DNA from: a virus | DNA length: 64,000 nt | Strand: one strand, 5' to 3' | Virus record (IMG/VR): IMGVR_UViG_3300025133_006890 | Coordinates: 20,035-84,034 of that record | Part shown: piece by piece, positions 19,077-28,055 of the stretch | Position numbering within the stretch: position 1 is the first letter of the stretch | Layout of the letters: each line of letters opens with the position of its first letter | The notes under the pieces: generated by a model | Database searches by the model: none | The model's input: only the letters and a program-made list of their open reading frames with translations | Told to the model about the DNA's origin: nothing | Translations under genes and position numbers: made by a program

Positions 19077-19755
19077 TAACTATTTCACTAAGGTACATCA
19101 AGACGCCATAGTTGAATATGCACTTGCCTCTACAAAGAAAGAGAAGGAAGAGCTATATGTTATCATTCAACCAGCATTCAATGAGCTGGTAGACAAGATT
19201 GTTTTTACATATAAGTTTACAAACCTCCCGAACATTGACGTTCTGAGAGAAGAGTGCAAGATTGCTTTGACGCTAATCTTGGACAAATTTAATCCAGACA
19301 AGGGCTCCAAGGCATTTTCATATTTTAGTGTAATCACAAAGAACTGGTTTATTCAACAAACAAAAAACACTGCAAAACAATCTAGAAGAGAATTGCAATT
19401 CGAAGATGCAGCTTCAGAGATTGAAGATAGTGCGACAATCGAACCACACACCTACATTAATACGCGCGAGAAGAAAGAGTTTTGGAACTTTTTGTTACAA
19501 GAGATAAATGATTGGGAGTGGGAGGAAGTGGAAAACCAAAAGAAGAAGCTATACTCAAACGATCTAAAGGTGGTAAAGGCCATTAAAATGTTGTTTGAGT
19601 CTCCCGATGACATAGATATTCTTAATAAAAAGGCCATCTATCTGTATCTGCGAGAGCTTACCGGACTTAATACAAAACAAATTGCCTGTAGTTTAAAGAA
19701 GTTCAAGATAAAATACGCAGAGTTCAGAAAAGAGTGGGAATCCGGACAAATATAA
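19042..19755 (+). CDS. Phage late sigma factor (T4 gp55-like)
   Basis: NYFT...AI.EY; KFNPDKGSKAFSYFSVITKNWFIQ resembles sigma region 2 of gp55-type factors; precedes the structural genes. Confidence 0.75.
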   Translation: MTKKNRRRKRTNNYFTKVHQDAIVEYALASTKKEKEELYVIIQPAFNELVDKIVFTYKFTNLPNIDVLREECKIALTLILDKFNPDKGSKAFSYFSVITKNWFIQQTKNTAKQSRRELQFEDAASEIEDSATIEPHTYINTREKKEFWNFLLQEINDWEWEEVENQKKKLYSNDLKVVKAIKMLFESPDDIDILNKKAIYLYLRELTGLNTKQIACSLKKFKIKYAEFRKEWESGQI

Positions 19756-19763
19756 TTCTTGCT

Positions 19764-19775
19764 CATAATTATAAT
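19764..19775 (+). promoter_or_regulatory. Putative late promoter abutting the start codon (CATAATTATAAT-ATG)
   Basis: TAATTA motif in a short intergenic gap, no SD. Confidence 0.5.
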
Positions 19776-20081
19776 ATGAGTAAAAAAGAGCTTATTGGAA
19801 AAGCGATAACAAACATAGATTCCGATCGAAAACGAACTCTTGATCTTTTGGCCGAGCTGCAAGCGGAGTTCGCAAACGATCCAGAAGTCAAGCACAGTCG
19901 CTCTGGAGCAATAGCAGCAAAGTATGTGGAAACTCTTCAGCGATCAAATGAGCAGCTGGTGAAGATTATTTCAATTATGAGCAAATCCTCTTCAACTGAC
20001 GAGGAAGAAGAAAGCTTGTCAGAAGAGGATACTGTTGCCTTGTTCGACTTGATTCAAAACGGTGATAGTGAGGTTGGATAA
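19776..20081 (+). CDS. Hypothetical helical protein
   Basis: AKYVETLQRSNEQLVK helix, acidic tail; ATG 19776 preferred over 19734. Confidence 0.7.
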   Translation: MSKKELIGKAITNIDSDRKRTLDLLAELQAEFANDPEVKHSRSGAIAAKYVETLQRSNEQLVKIISIMSKSSSTDEEEESLSEEDTVALFDLIQNGDSEVG

Positions 20082-20677
20082 TGTCAAACGAACAGAGCGT
20101 AGATCCAAAATCTGTTAGAAACAAGTGCGGCAACGAAGATCTTGTAAATGTAAAAAGGTCTGATGTGCTGGACAAGATGATTAACAGTTATCTTGGCGGC
20201 GACCCAAATAGCAAATCAGAATATCTAGCATATGTAAGAAAAATTGTTCCATTTTTGACCGACAACGTATCGGGCTCGAATGAGCCTATTTTTCCACTTT
20301 CAAATGAAATTAGTGTCGTCGACCCGTTTTATAACATAGAGGAAGACAGAGAGAGGATATTAAATGCTGGAAGAATTAATATTAAGGGCGGCGACCTCAA
20401 AGTTATATTGTTTGTGGAAATTCCATTATTGTTTGAAAAACTAATTAAAATAGACGGCTCCAATTCAAATATTTATTCATTACACACACTTTTAAGAGTT
20501 GAGATAACAGAGAAGGAAGAAAGAAAAACGCTTGTAAACGAAGCAATAATTATTTCTTTCAAAGATAAGTCCAACTTGAGATATCCTTATTTTCTAAGAT
20601 ATCCAAAAAATAAACCAGTGATGGTAGAAGAGGACGTTTGTAATAAGGCTAAAGTCGGAGACATTCTAACGAGTTAA
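20081..20677 (+). CDS. Hypothetical protein (baseplate hub region)
   Basis: ORF coupled via TAATG; lies just before the spike gene. Confidence 0.6.
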   Translation: MSNEQSVDPKSVRNKCGNEDLVNVKRSDVLDKMINSYLGGDPNSKSEYLAYVRKIVPFLTDNVSGSNEPIFPLSNEISVVDPFYNIEEDRERILNAGRINIKGGDLKVILFVEIPLLFEKLIKIDGSNSNIYSLHTLLRVEITEKEERKTLVNEAIIISFKDKSNLRYPYFLRYPKNKPVMVEEDVCNKAKVGDILTS

Positions 20678-20680
20678 ATT

Positions 20681-21652
20681 ATGGGAAGTGGAACTGTAAA
20701 ACTTGTAGATCAAAAAAAGCTGGATGAAAGAAAGCAAATTTTGATTGATTGCTCGAAAAAGTCTGGTCAACGCTTGCAAGTTGGGTCTGGACTGCATGGC
20801 CAATCCGGCATCCAAAGGGTTCAGCCGACTTTTCACAGAAGATCAGATAGGACAATCATTGTCACACCCGATAGCGCTGGCGCAACGATTTTTGATAACA
20901 ACCCAGAATATGCTAAAGAGGGTGCTGATTTTTGTTCTAGAGTTTCAATGATCGCCGGAATAAACGGACACAAACTAAAAGAAGATGATGTTATTGGAGA
21001 TCCCGACTTGCTAAAGAGCGCCGCCTCTGTTGTCGTGCGGCAGAGAGCAAAGTCACAAGACGCATTAAGCTTGGTGATCCCGAACCTTGATGATGGCGGC
21101 GGCGCAACAGCATCTGATCGTGAGGGCAAGTCATATGAGGCTTTCTCTGATGTTACTGCTTATGCCGATGTAATACAACTTGTTGCTAGAAACGGTGGCG
21201 TTAATTTGTATGCAGGCGGCGTGGATTCAGAGTTGTCCAACGGAGTTCCAAATCGAGAGCCAATTGGTGTTAATTTAATTTATGGCAATAAAATTGAAAA
21301 AGATGAAAAAAGTCCCTATAGTTTACAACCATTAGTGAAGGGTGATGCTTTGGTCAAAGCCTTGTCGGATCAATCTGATCGGATTAAGAAGTTAGGTTCC
21401 GTCGTGTTTCAAATCCAAGCAGATATGAGCTTCTTGAAGATATTTTTAGCCATGCATACTCATCCAATGACGCCACTCGGCATCACAACCCCATCCCTTG
21501 AGCTAGCCGTCGCCACAGGCGCCTCAGCCATTAAGGACGTATTCAATATGCTAAATCTAGTGACAGAACAGTGGAACACTATTGCGTCTGAGTGGAATGC
21601 CTCGATTGCCACCCCGGGTAATATCTTAAGTAGATGGAATAAAACTAACTAA
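20681..21652 (+). CDS. Putative baseplate central spike/hub protein
   Basis: C-terminal PLVKGD.L...L followed by HxH (MHTHP), typical of metal-binding spike tips; upstream of gp25/gp6. Confidence 0.6.
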   Translation: MGSGTVKLVDQKKLDERKQILIDCSKKSGQRLQVGSGLHGQSGIQRVQPTFHRRSDRTIIVTPDSAGATIFDNNPEYAKEGADFCSRVSMIAGINGHKLKEDDVIGDPDLLKSAASVVVRQRAKSQDALSLVIPNLDDGGGATASDREGKSYEAFSDVTAYADVIQLVARNGGVNLYAGGVDSELSNGVPNREPIGVNLIYGNKIEKDEKSPYSLQPLVKGDALVKALSDQSDRIKKLGSVVFQIQADMSFLKIFLAMHTHPMTPLGITTPSLELAVATGASAIKDVFNMLNLVTEQWNTIASEWNASIATPGNILSRWNKTN

Positions 21653-23547
21653 TGACAGAGAAAAAAGACATTTCTGCTTTAGAGAGCGTTGTAAAGAAGT
21701 CACTAAGCGTTAAAACTGCTGGTCTTGCGGCCATTAACACTGCCATATCTGCTGTTAATTCGGGGGTTGCTGTCGGCGAGAGTCTCGTCGGCGCAATAAA
21801 TGACTTAAATAAGTTCACAAACGATCAACTTGACAAGCCATGTGCCCGAGTCCCGCCAAATTTTGATGATTTGACGAAAGATATACAAGATATAACATAC
21901 TGCAAAGAAAAGACCGACAGGTTGAAGAAGATTGGTGACGCATTTGACTTCAAGGACGATGTTGACGTTCTCGGAGCGGGCGGCGCTTTGCTTGATCTCC
22001 TCTCAGATGTTTTGTTAACAAACAAAAAATGGACAGACTGCATTGATCCCTATTATTTAAAGTTTTTTAATTTAGTTCCGGTTCACTTTTATTTAGCTTT
22101 AATCTTGAAGAAGTTGTTAGACGAAGCTGGGTGGAGCTGCAAGAACGAAGAAGATATGGCAAAGATTGCTGAGAATTGCACCGAGGCTACCTTAGGTAGA
22201 CTTTGTGGTCAATTGGATTTGCCGACTGTTGACCCAATCACTTTGCCATCTTTGCCAATTATTCCAATTTTAGATCCTCTTGTTATTTTGCAGAATGTCG
22301 TTATTGAGACAGTGTGTTCGTTGGCTTGTTTTTATCTAGATGAAATAGTTAATTTAGTTGTCGATGTGATGTCGTGGACTGACAACGAGTTTGTTGAAGG
22401 CTTAACTGAAGACGGCGAAATACCAGCATTAGTTAAGATTAATTTGAATACTGTTGTGTTCAAAGAGTTGTTGGACGAGGCCAGGGTTGTTTTCCCATAT
22501 ATGGCCTCGGCCACTTCGGAAGTGTTTGAGAGTTATTTCAATATAGTTCATACGACTGAATCAATATCACAACAAGAGATTATATTTTTATTGCTTGGTG
22601 AGGAGGCTTGTGATGCGGTCAAAAAGCTGATAATCGTTGGAGAAGCCCCGCAGTTAGCAAGTCTAGGTTTGGACACATCGGTACATGTAGTTGAGTTCTT
22701 TGAATTTTTGTCATCGAAGGTCAGCGTATACGATATCATAGATGAGTCGAAGAAGGCATCTTGTATCCCAAATCCATGTTTGGAATTGGACAAGGCGGCT
22801 GAGCAAAAGTTTTTCGACCAAATTGAAGTCTTGTGCGATTTAGTCAGCGGACCAACCACGATGCCAGAAGTTCCCATCGCCGGAATCCTAAAACAGGTTG
22901 GCGTTGAGTCTGCATCACAAATAAGCGTAAAGTCAATGATGTTCCCGACTCACACTTCATCCAAGCAATACTTAGAGAAGATCTTGAAAGTGTCTGGAGA
23001 TTCAATCCTCGCTGTTAATCTGTCGCCCGCGACCCATATAAGCTCAAAGAAATATAAAGAGCAGAAGAAGAAGTATCAGGATTCCAAGAAGACTGATGAC
23101 GATAAATCTTTATGGGCTCAATTCAGATATGGAATAGAAAGATATTCAGTGGAGGATGTCCATGATGGGGAGGTGTTGACTCTAAAACAAATAATGTCCC
23201 TATCCAACGCCACACTAAACGACGGTGGCCTTAAATCGTTTAAAAAACTAAAATCGAAACTTGGAATAACAGCAAGCAGCTTCCAACTGATTGATTCGGC
23301 AGACGTAGGGCTTGTTGGTCTCGGATTGAACTGGCCCGGACAGTCCACACCTTCAGAATCTAAAAAGTGTCCAGAAATCCTTGACTCTGATTTCCCACTC
23401 GCCATGGCAGCTTGGAACTTGGCTAAGTCTAAGGGGGATCCTCTTGTCCATATTAAGAAGGATCCGAAGTATAGTTATCTAACGGCTAAGCCTAAAAGTA
23501 GAGACCACATTGAAAAAATGCAAAAGAGTTCTTTGGGGTGTGAATAA
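21652..23547 (+). CDS. Hypothetical Cys-rich protein (baseplate/tail region)
   Basis: 631-aa ORF; no recognisable motif. Confidence 0.7.
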   Translation: MTEKKDISALESVVKKSLSVKTAGLAAINTAISAVNSGVAVGESLVGAINDLNKFTNDQLDKPCARVPPNFDDLTKDIQDITYCKEKTDRLKKIGDAFDFKDDVDVLGAGGALLDLLSDVLLTNKKWTDCIDPYYLKFFNLVPVHFYLALILKKLLDEAGWSCKNEEDMAKIAENCTEATLGRLCGQLDLPTVDPITLPSLPIIPILDPLVILQNVVIETVCSLACFYLDEIVNLVVDVMSWTDNEFVEGLTEDGEIPALVKINLNTVVFKELLDEARVVFPYMASATSEVFESYFNIVHTTESISQQEIIFLLLGEEACDAVKKLIIVGEAPQLASLGLDTSVHVVEFFEFLSSKVSVYDIIDESKKASCIPNPCLELDKAAEQKFFDQIEVLCDLVSGPTTMPEVPIAGILKQVGVESASQISVKSMMFPTHTSSKQYLEKILKVSGDSILAVNLSPATHISSKKYKEQKKKYQDSKKTDDDKSLWAQFRYGIERYSVEDVHDGEVLTLKQIMSLSNATLNDGGLKSFKKLKSKLGITASSFQLIDSADVGLVGLGLNWPGQSTPSESKKCPEILDSDFPLAMAAWNLAKSKGDPLVHIKKDPKYSYLTAKPKSRDHIEKMQKSSLGCE

Positions 23548-24390
23548 ATGATTGGTTTCGTGACATATACTAGTACGATTTTACAAGTCTTAATCGAGGA
23601 TCGGATCAGAAGTTTTTTGTTTGATAAGATGATGCTGTTGGAACTTTATCAGACAAAGCGTTCAGAAATAAAGAAGTTTGTAGAATCTGGGGAGAATCTT
23701 TCGGAAAACTCCATATGGTATACTGAGTTCGTGAAGGGGTTGGAAAGTGAGTCGCCCTCTGGTTCGGATGGAATTTTGAAGATGTATCTCCTTGCGGCCG
23801 CGTTCGATAAAGATTTTGATCCCGCAACAATTGATGATCTAACTAATGATGGCTGGGTCTTGAAGTCTAAGAAAAAACTATTTGACAGATTTAATTTCAT
23901 TTTTCGAGAAACTGCTGGAGTTCTATCTAGGTATGACCCAAAAACCCAGACCATCGCGAAGGAAGATAAGACAAAAATAATGCAGTCAGAAGAAACAAAT
24001 GATAAGTTTTGGGCTGAGCAATTTGAAACCATAAAGAAAACCTCTTCGCTGAAGGACTACAAGTTTTGGTTGGCCTTGCACGAAGCCACTCTCAAAGCGA
24101 TCCAGAAAAAGCTAGACGCCTTATCTGGGACAAAAGATGAAATCGTCAATGCCAATCCGCAAATAAAGGAACTTAAGAATAATTATTTAAACAATAAAAA
24201 GTTTGCTGAACTTGTCGAAGAGCATAAAAAGGCATTAATGAAGGATATAGAGGAGAACACAGAGGCCACCAACAAGATTCAAAAATCAATAGATTCTGTG
24301 AAAGCGATTCTCGACACGGCCAAAGATCGGATTGATCAACAGCGAAAGATTACTGAAATCATGAAAGAAATAATGGAAACAATAAACTAA
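23548..24390 (+). CDS. Hypothetical coiled-coil protein
   Basis: 280-aa ORF with a K/E-rich heptad C-terminus. Confidence 0.7.
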   Translation: MIGFVTYTSTILQVLIEDRIRSFLFDKMMLLELYQTKRSEIKKFVESGENLSENSIWYTEFVKGLESESPSGSDGILKMYLLAAAFDKDFDPATIDDLTNDGWVLKSKKKLFDRFNFIFRETAGVLSRYDPKTQTIAKEDKTKIMQSEETNDKFWAEQFETIKKTSSLKDYKFWLALHEATLKAIQKKLDALSGTKDEIVNANPQIKELKNNYLNNKKFAELVEEHKKALMKDIEENTEATNKIQKSIDSVKAILDTAKDRIDQQRKITEIMKEIMETIN

Positions 24391-24770
24391 TGACAACGGG
24401 GATATCCATCAAACTGCCAGCAAGTTATGATCCAGAAGACGGACCATTCGCACTAACGAAGACGATCCCACAGGCGATCAAACAGAATTTCAGGAATCTC
24501 GTTATGACCAATCCCGGCGAGCGCGTGATGAATAGCGATTTTGGAGTTGGCATCAGAGTGCTCTTGTTTGAAAACATAGACACAGACATCTCAGAGAGGA
24601 TACGAGAGAGATTGTTCGATCAGGTGAACAGGTATATGCCGTTCATAAAGATAATAAAATTCGAAACAAATTATGATGAAAGTAATTACTTATGGAACAT
24701 CACGATAAAGTACGCAATCGAAACAATTGGTATTCCAGACGAGTTGTCGGTCAGCGTTGCAGACCTTTAA
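24390..24770 (+). CDS. Baseplate wedge protein gp25/GPW family
   Basis: IKQNFRNLVMTNPGERVMNSDFGVGI..LLFE. Confidence 0.92.
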   Translation: MTTGISIKLPASYDPEDGPFALTKTIPQAIKQNFRNLVMTNPGERVMNSDFGVGIRVLLFENIDTDISERIRERLFDQVNRYMPFIKIIKFETNYDESNYLWNITIKYAIETIGIPDELSVSVADL

Positions 24771-24785
24771 GATTGGAATAAGAAA

Positions 24786-26579
24786 ATGACTACAAAAAAG
24801 CCACCTGTCAAATACATTAACAGAGACTTTGAATCTATCAAGCAAGACTTGGTTAATTATGCCAAAGTTTATTATCCGGAGACTTTTAGAGACTTCAATG
24901 AAGCCAGCTTTGGAGCTTTGATGTTGGATATGGTTGCCTATGTAGGAGACATGTTATCGTTTTATGTAGACTATCAAACCAACGAGTCATATTTAGATTC
25001 CGCAATTGAAACAAAGAACGTTGTCAAGCAGGCAAAGCAAATGGGTTTTAAATACCCAGGAACCCCAGCCTCAACTGGAGTTGTGACTTTATATGCAACA
25101 ATTCAGGCTACTTCGGCAGGGTCAGGCCCAGACACGACCGCAATTCCAATTCTCATGAGGGGTACGACATTTACTTCCAATTCTGGAGCTACATTCACTT
25201 TGCTTGAAGATGTTGACTTCTCGAATACAAAAGTGGAGCAGGTTGTTGCAACAGTCAATTCAGATGGTCAGCCAACCTCATACGCCCTCAGAGCCTCTGG
25301 TCAGGTTGTTTCCGGCCGAGTTGCGAGCGAGATTGTTGATGTCGGTCCATATGAGAAATTTAAGAAGATTGCTCTAGCTGGTGAAAATATAACAGAAATT
25401 CTATCTGTTCATGATTTTGAGGGCCACGAATACTTTGAAGTTGATTATCTGTCACAAAATTTGATTTTTCAATCAATTAGAAATCGCGTGTCGGCCGACA
25501 AGGAGCTGGTTCCTTATCTGGTTCGAGAGATATTAACCCCTCGCAGGTTTGTTGTCGAATTTAATGAGGACTTTGAAACTTTTTTGCAGTTTGGATATGG
25601 CTCGGAAGAGACACTGAAGGATAATAGTTTCCCAGATCCTGCGACATCTGTACTCCAAATACATGGAAAGAAATATTATAAAGACGATTCATTTGATCCA
25701 AATCTTATGATGAAGACTGATAAGTTTGGTATTGTCCCTCCACAAGGAAGGCTAACTGTTCAATATAGAGCCAATACTGCCGCAGACGTAAATATTTCTG
25801 CTGGTGCTCTCAGTAGAATTACAAGTCCGATTGTGTCTTTTGGAACAAACACTCCACCAGCAGCCACAAGTAACGCGGTGATCGCTTCTTTAGAAGTGGA
25901 AAATGAAAAGCCCATTCTCGGACAAACAAGCATCATAACAAACGAAGAAATCAGAACAAGAGCTATTGATAATTTTGCTTCACAGAATAGAGCAGTAACA
26001 AAACAGGACTATATCAACATTATCTATAGAATGCCTTCTCGTTTTGGAGTCATTAAGAGGGCGAACATCGTACAAGACAAGGATTCTTTTAAGAGGAATC
26101 TAAACTTATATGTTGTATCTGAGAATGTTGATGGAAATCTGACCGAGGCACCGTCGTCTTTGAAGAATAATTTAAAGAAATGGGTTAGCCAATATAAGAT
26201 GATCAACGATACTATTGATATATTAGATGGCAGAATCGCAAACATTGGGGTTGAGTTTGAGGTGGTAGGGGTTTTAGAGAAGGGAACAACAGAAGTTCTT
26301 AGCAAATCTATCGAAGCTGTCAAAAACAAACTTTCAGACGTTCTCTTTTTTGGCCAGCCGTTTTACATTCAGGACATTTTCAAAATATTGAATGATTTGC
26401 CAGAAGTCATTGACACGAAGTATGTAAAAATTGTTAACAAGCGGGGAACTAGATATAGTACCACAAATTATAACGTGGAAGCCAGCATCACAAAAGATAG
26501 TAAGTTTATTGTAGTGCCAGAAGATGTGATTTTGGAATTGAGATTTCCCGATGAAGACATCGTTGGAGTTGTTAGTTAA
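24786..26579 (+). CDS. Baseplate wedge subunit (T4 gp6/baseplate J-like)
   Basis: RDFESIK..L, DF...S.G..LD..AY..D.LSFY, E.YLDSA, QFG.G, SQNRAVT..DY. Confidence 0.9.
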   Translation: MTTKKPPVKYINRDFESIKQDLVNYAKVYYPETFRDFNEASFGALMLDMVAYVGDMLSFYVDYQTNESYLDSAIETKNVVKQAKQMGFKYPGTPASTGVVTLYATIQATSAGSGPDTTAIPILMRGTTFTSNSGATFTLLEDVDFSNTKVEQVVATVNSDGQPTSYALRASGQVVSGRVASEIVDVGPYEKFKKIALAGENITEILSVHDFEGHEYFEVDYLSQNLIFQSIRNRVSADKELVPYLVREILTPRRFVVEFNEDFETFLQFGYGSEETLKDNSFPDPATSVLQIHGKKYYKDDSFDPNLMMKTDKFGIVPPQGRLTVQYRANTAADVNISAGALSRITSPIVSFGTNTPPAATSNAVIASLEVENEKPILGQTSIITNEEIRTRAIDNFASQNRAVTKQDYINIIYRMPSRFGVIKRANIVQDKDSFKRNLNLYVVSENVDGNLTEAPSSLKNNLKKWVSQYKMINDTIDILDGRIANIGVEFEVVGVLEKGTTEVLSKSIEAVKNKLSDVLFFGQPFYIQDIFKILNDLPEVIDTKYVKIVNKRGTRYSTTNYNVEASITKDSKFIVVPEDVILELRFPDEDIVGVVS

Positions 26580-28052
26580 ATGGGCATAAAAAGATATTAC
26601 GCAAACAAAGATGCAACAATAACAGACGCTTTTAAGTCGAACCTGATTACCAGGGCGACGGCAAGCAACATGGGAGCTTCTGATGTGTTGGAAGTATTCT
26701 CAATCTATGGACAAGCAACGACCTCATCTGCTGAGCTTTCGAGAGTTTTGGTTGAATTCCCGGTGATGACAGATTTGTCAGCAAGCAGAGATGATTCTGT
26801 AATTCCAGCCTCCGGAAGTGTTAAATTCTTTCTGAAACTATACAATGCCGAACACACCGAAACTCTTCCTTCTGATTTCTCACTAACTGTTGCGGCAGTT
26901 AGCAGGTCTTGGGACGAGGGCGTCGGCCTGGACATGGAAACATATTTAGATGAGGACGCGGCTAACTGGACATTTGCATCTTCTGGAGTGTTGTGGACAG
27001 CACCTGGCGGAGATTTTTTAAATGCAGCATCAAACATAACAAAGGATCCTAACTTTATTGTAGGAACTGAAGACTTAGAGTTGGACGTAACCGATGTTGT
27101 TGAGCAGTGGCTCGATGGCACCGTGAGCCATAATGGATTTGGCATCTATATGTCTTCCAGCTTCGAAGCATCATCAAGCTTGAATTTGACAGGTTCTACT
27201 CGTTCTTATTACACAAAGAAGTTCTTTGCAAGAAAGAGTGAATTTTTCTTTAAGCGCCCAGCAATAGAGGCCAGATGGGACTCTTCAATCACAGACGATG
27301 CAGGCAATTTCTATCTCAGTTCATCTCTGATGCCGTCAGAGAGTAATTTGAATTCAGTGTATTTGTATAATGTTGTCGGCGGTCAGCTAAGAGATATCCC
27401 GTCTATTGGTACTGGAGTAATAACCGCTAGCGTATATGGAGCATTGGCGAACAATCAAGATAAGATTACTCTTCCTATCGGCGGAGATGTCGTCGGTGAT
27501 GGCGACACTAACGTGACTGGCGGCTGGCAAGCGACAGGAATATATTCAGCATCCTTTGCTTATAGTAGCTCTGTCACCCCGGTATATGTTGTTTGGTCAG
27601 ATAGTTCAAATCAATTCCAAAGCAGCTCTGCGATCACTGTAAAGACATATTCTGCCGGCAATTCAAACTTTACCACATCCTATGTTACTACAATTATTGG
27701 TCTTAAGCCTACATATAGCATACAAGAAACGGCCAGATTCCGAGTGTTTGTCCGACCAAGGGATTGGAGTCCAACGGTTTATACTGTTTCATCGACTGCT
27801 ATTGCTGTGACTCCAATAGAAAAATCATATTATAAGATTTATAGAGTTTCTGATGGGCTAGAAGTTGTACCATACGGCACAGGTTCTACTACAGAACACA
27901 CAAGAATGTCATATGATTCTCAAGGAAACTATTTTGACTTTGACATTTCTATGTTAGAACCAGACTTTCAATATGGATTAAAGTTTATGCACCGAGTTAA
28001 TGGCTTGTTGGCAGAACAAAAAGAAGCATTTAAGTTTAGAGTCGAATCATAA
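26580..28052 (+). CDS. Putative virion (baseplate) protein, DNRLRE-like beta domain
   Basis: KDATI, SR.LV.F, W.EG.G, W..PGGDF, DVT.VV..WL.G...NGF, RP.IE..W. Confidence 0.65.
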   Translation: MGIKRYYANKDATITDAFKSNLITRATASNMGASDVLEVFSIYGQATTSSAELSRVLVEFPVMTDLSASRDDSVIPASGSVKFFLKLYNAEHTETLPSDFSLTVAAVSRSWDEGVGLDMETYLDEDAANWTFASSGVLWTAPGGDFLNAASNITKDPNFIVGTEDLELDVTDVVEQWLDGTVSHNGFGIYMSSSFEASSSLNLTGSTRSYYTKKFFARKSEFFFKRPAIEARWDSSITDDAGNFYLSSSLMPSESNLNSVYLYNVVGGQLRDIPSIGTGVITASVYGALANNQDKITLPIGGDVVGDGDTNVTGGWQATGIYSASFAYSSSVTPVYVVWSDSSNQFQSSSAITVKTYSAGNSNFTTSYVTTIIGLKPTYSIQETARFRVFVRPRDWSPTVYTVSSTAIAVTPIEKSYYKIYRVSDGLEVVPYGTGSTTEHTRMSYDSQGNYFDFDISMLEPDFQYGLKFMHRVNGLLAEQKEAFKFRVES

Positions 28053-28055
28053 AAA

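Noticed and set aside
19776-20081. Small terminase assignment
   Set aside because: The helical pattern is suggestive only; no diagnostic motif, and it is far from TerL
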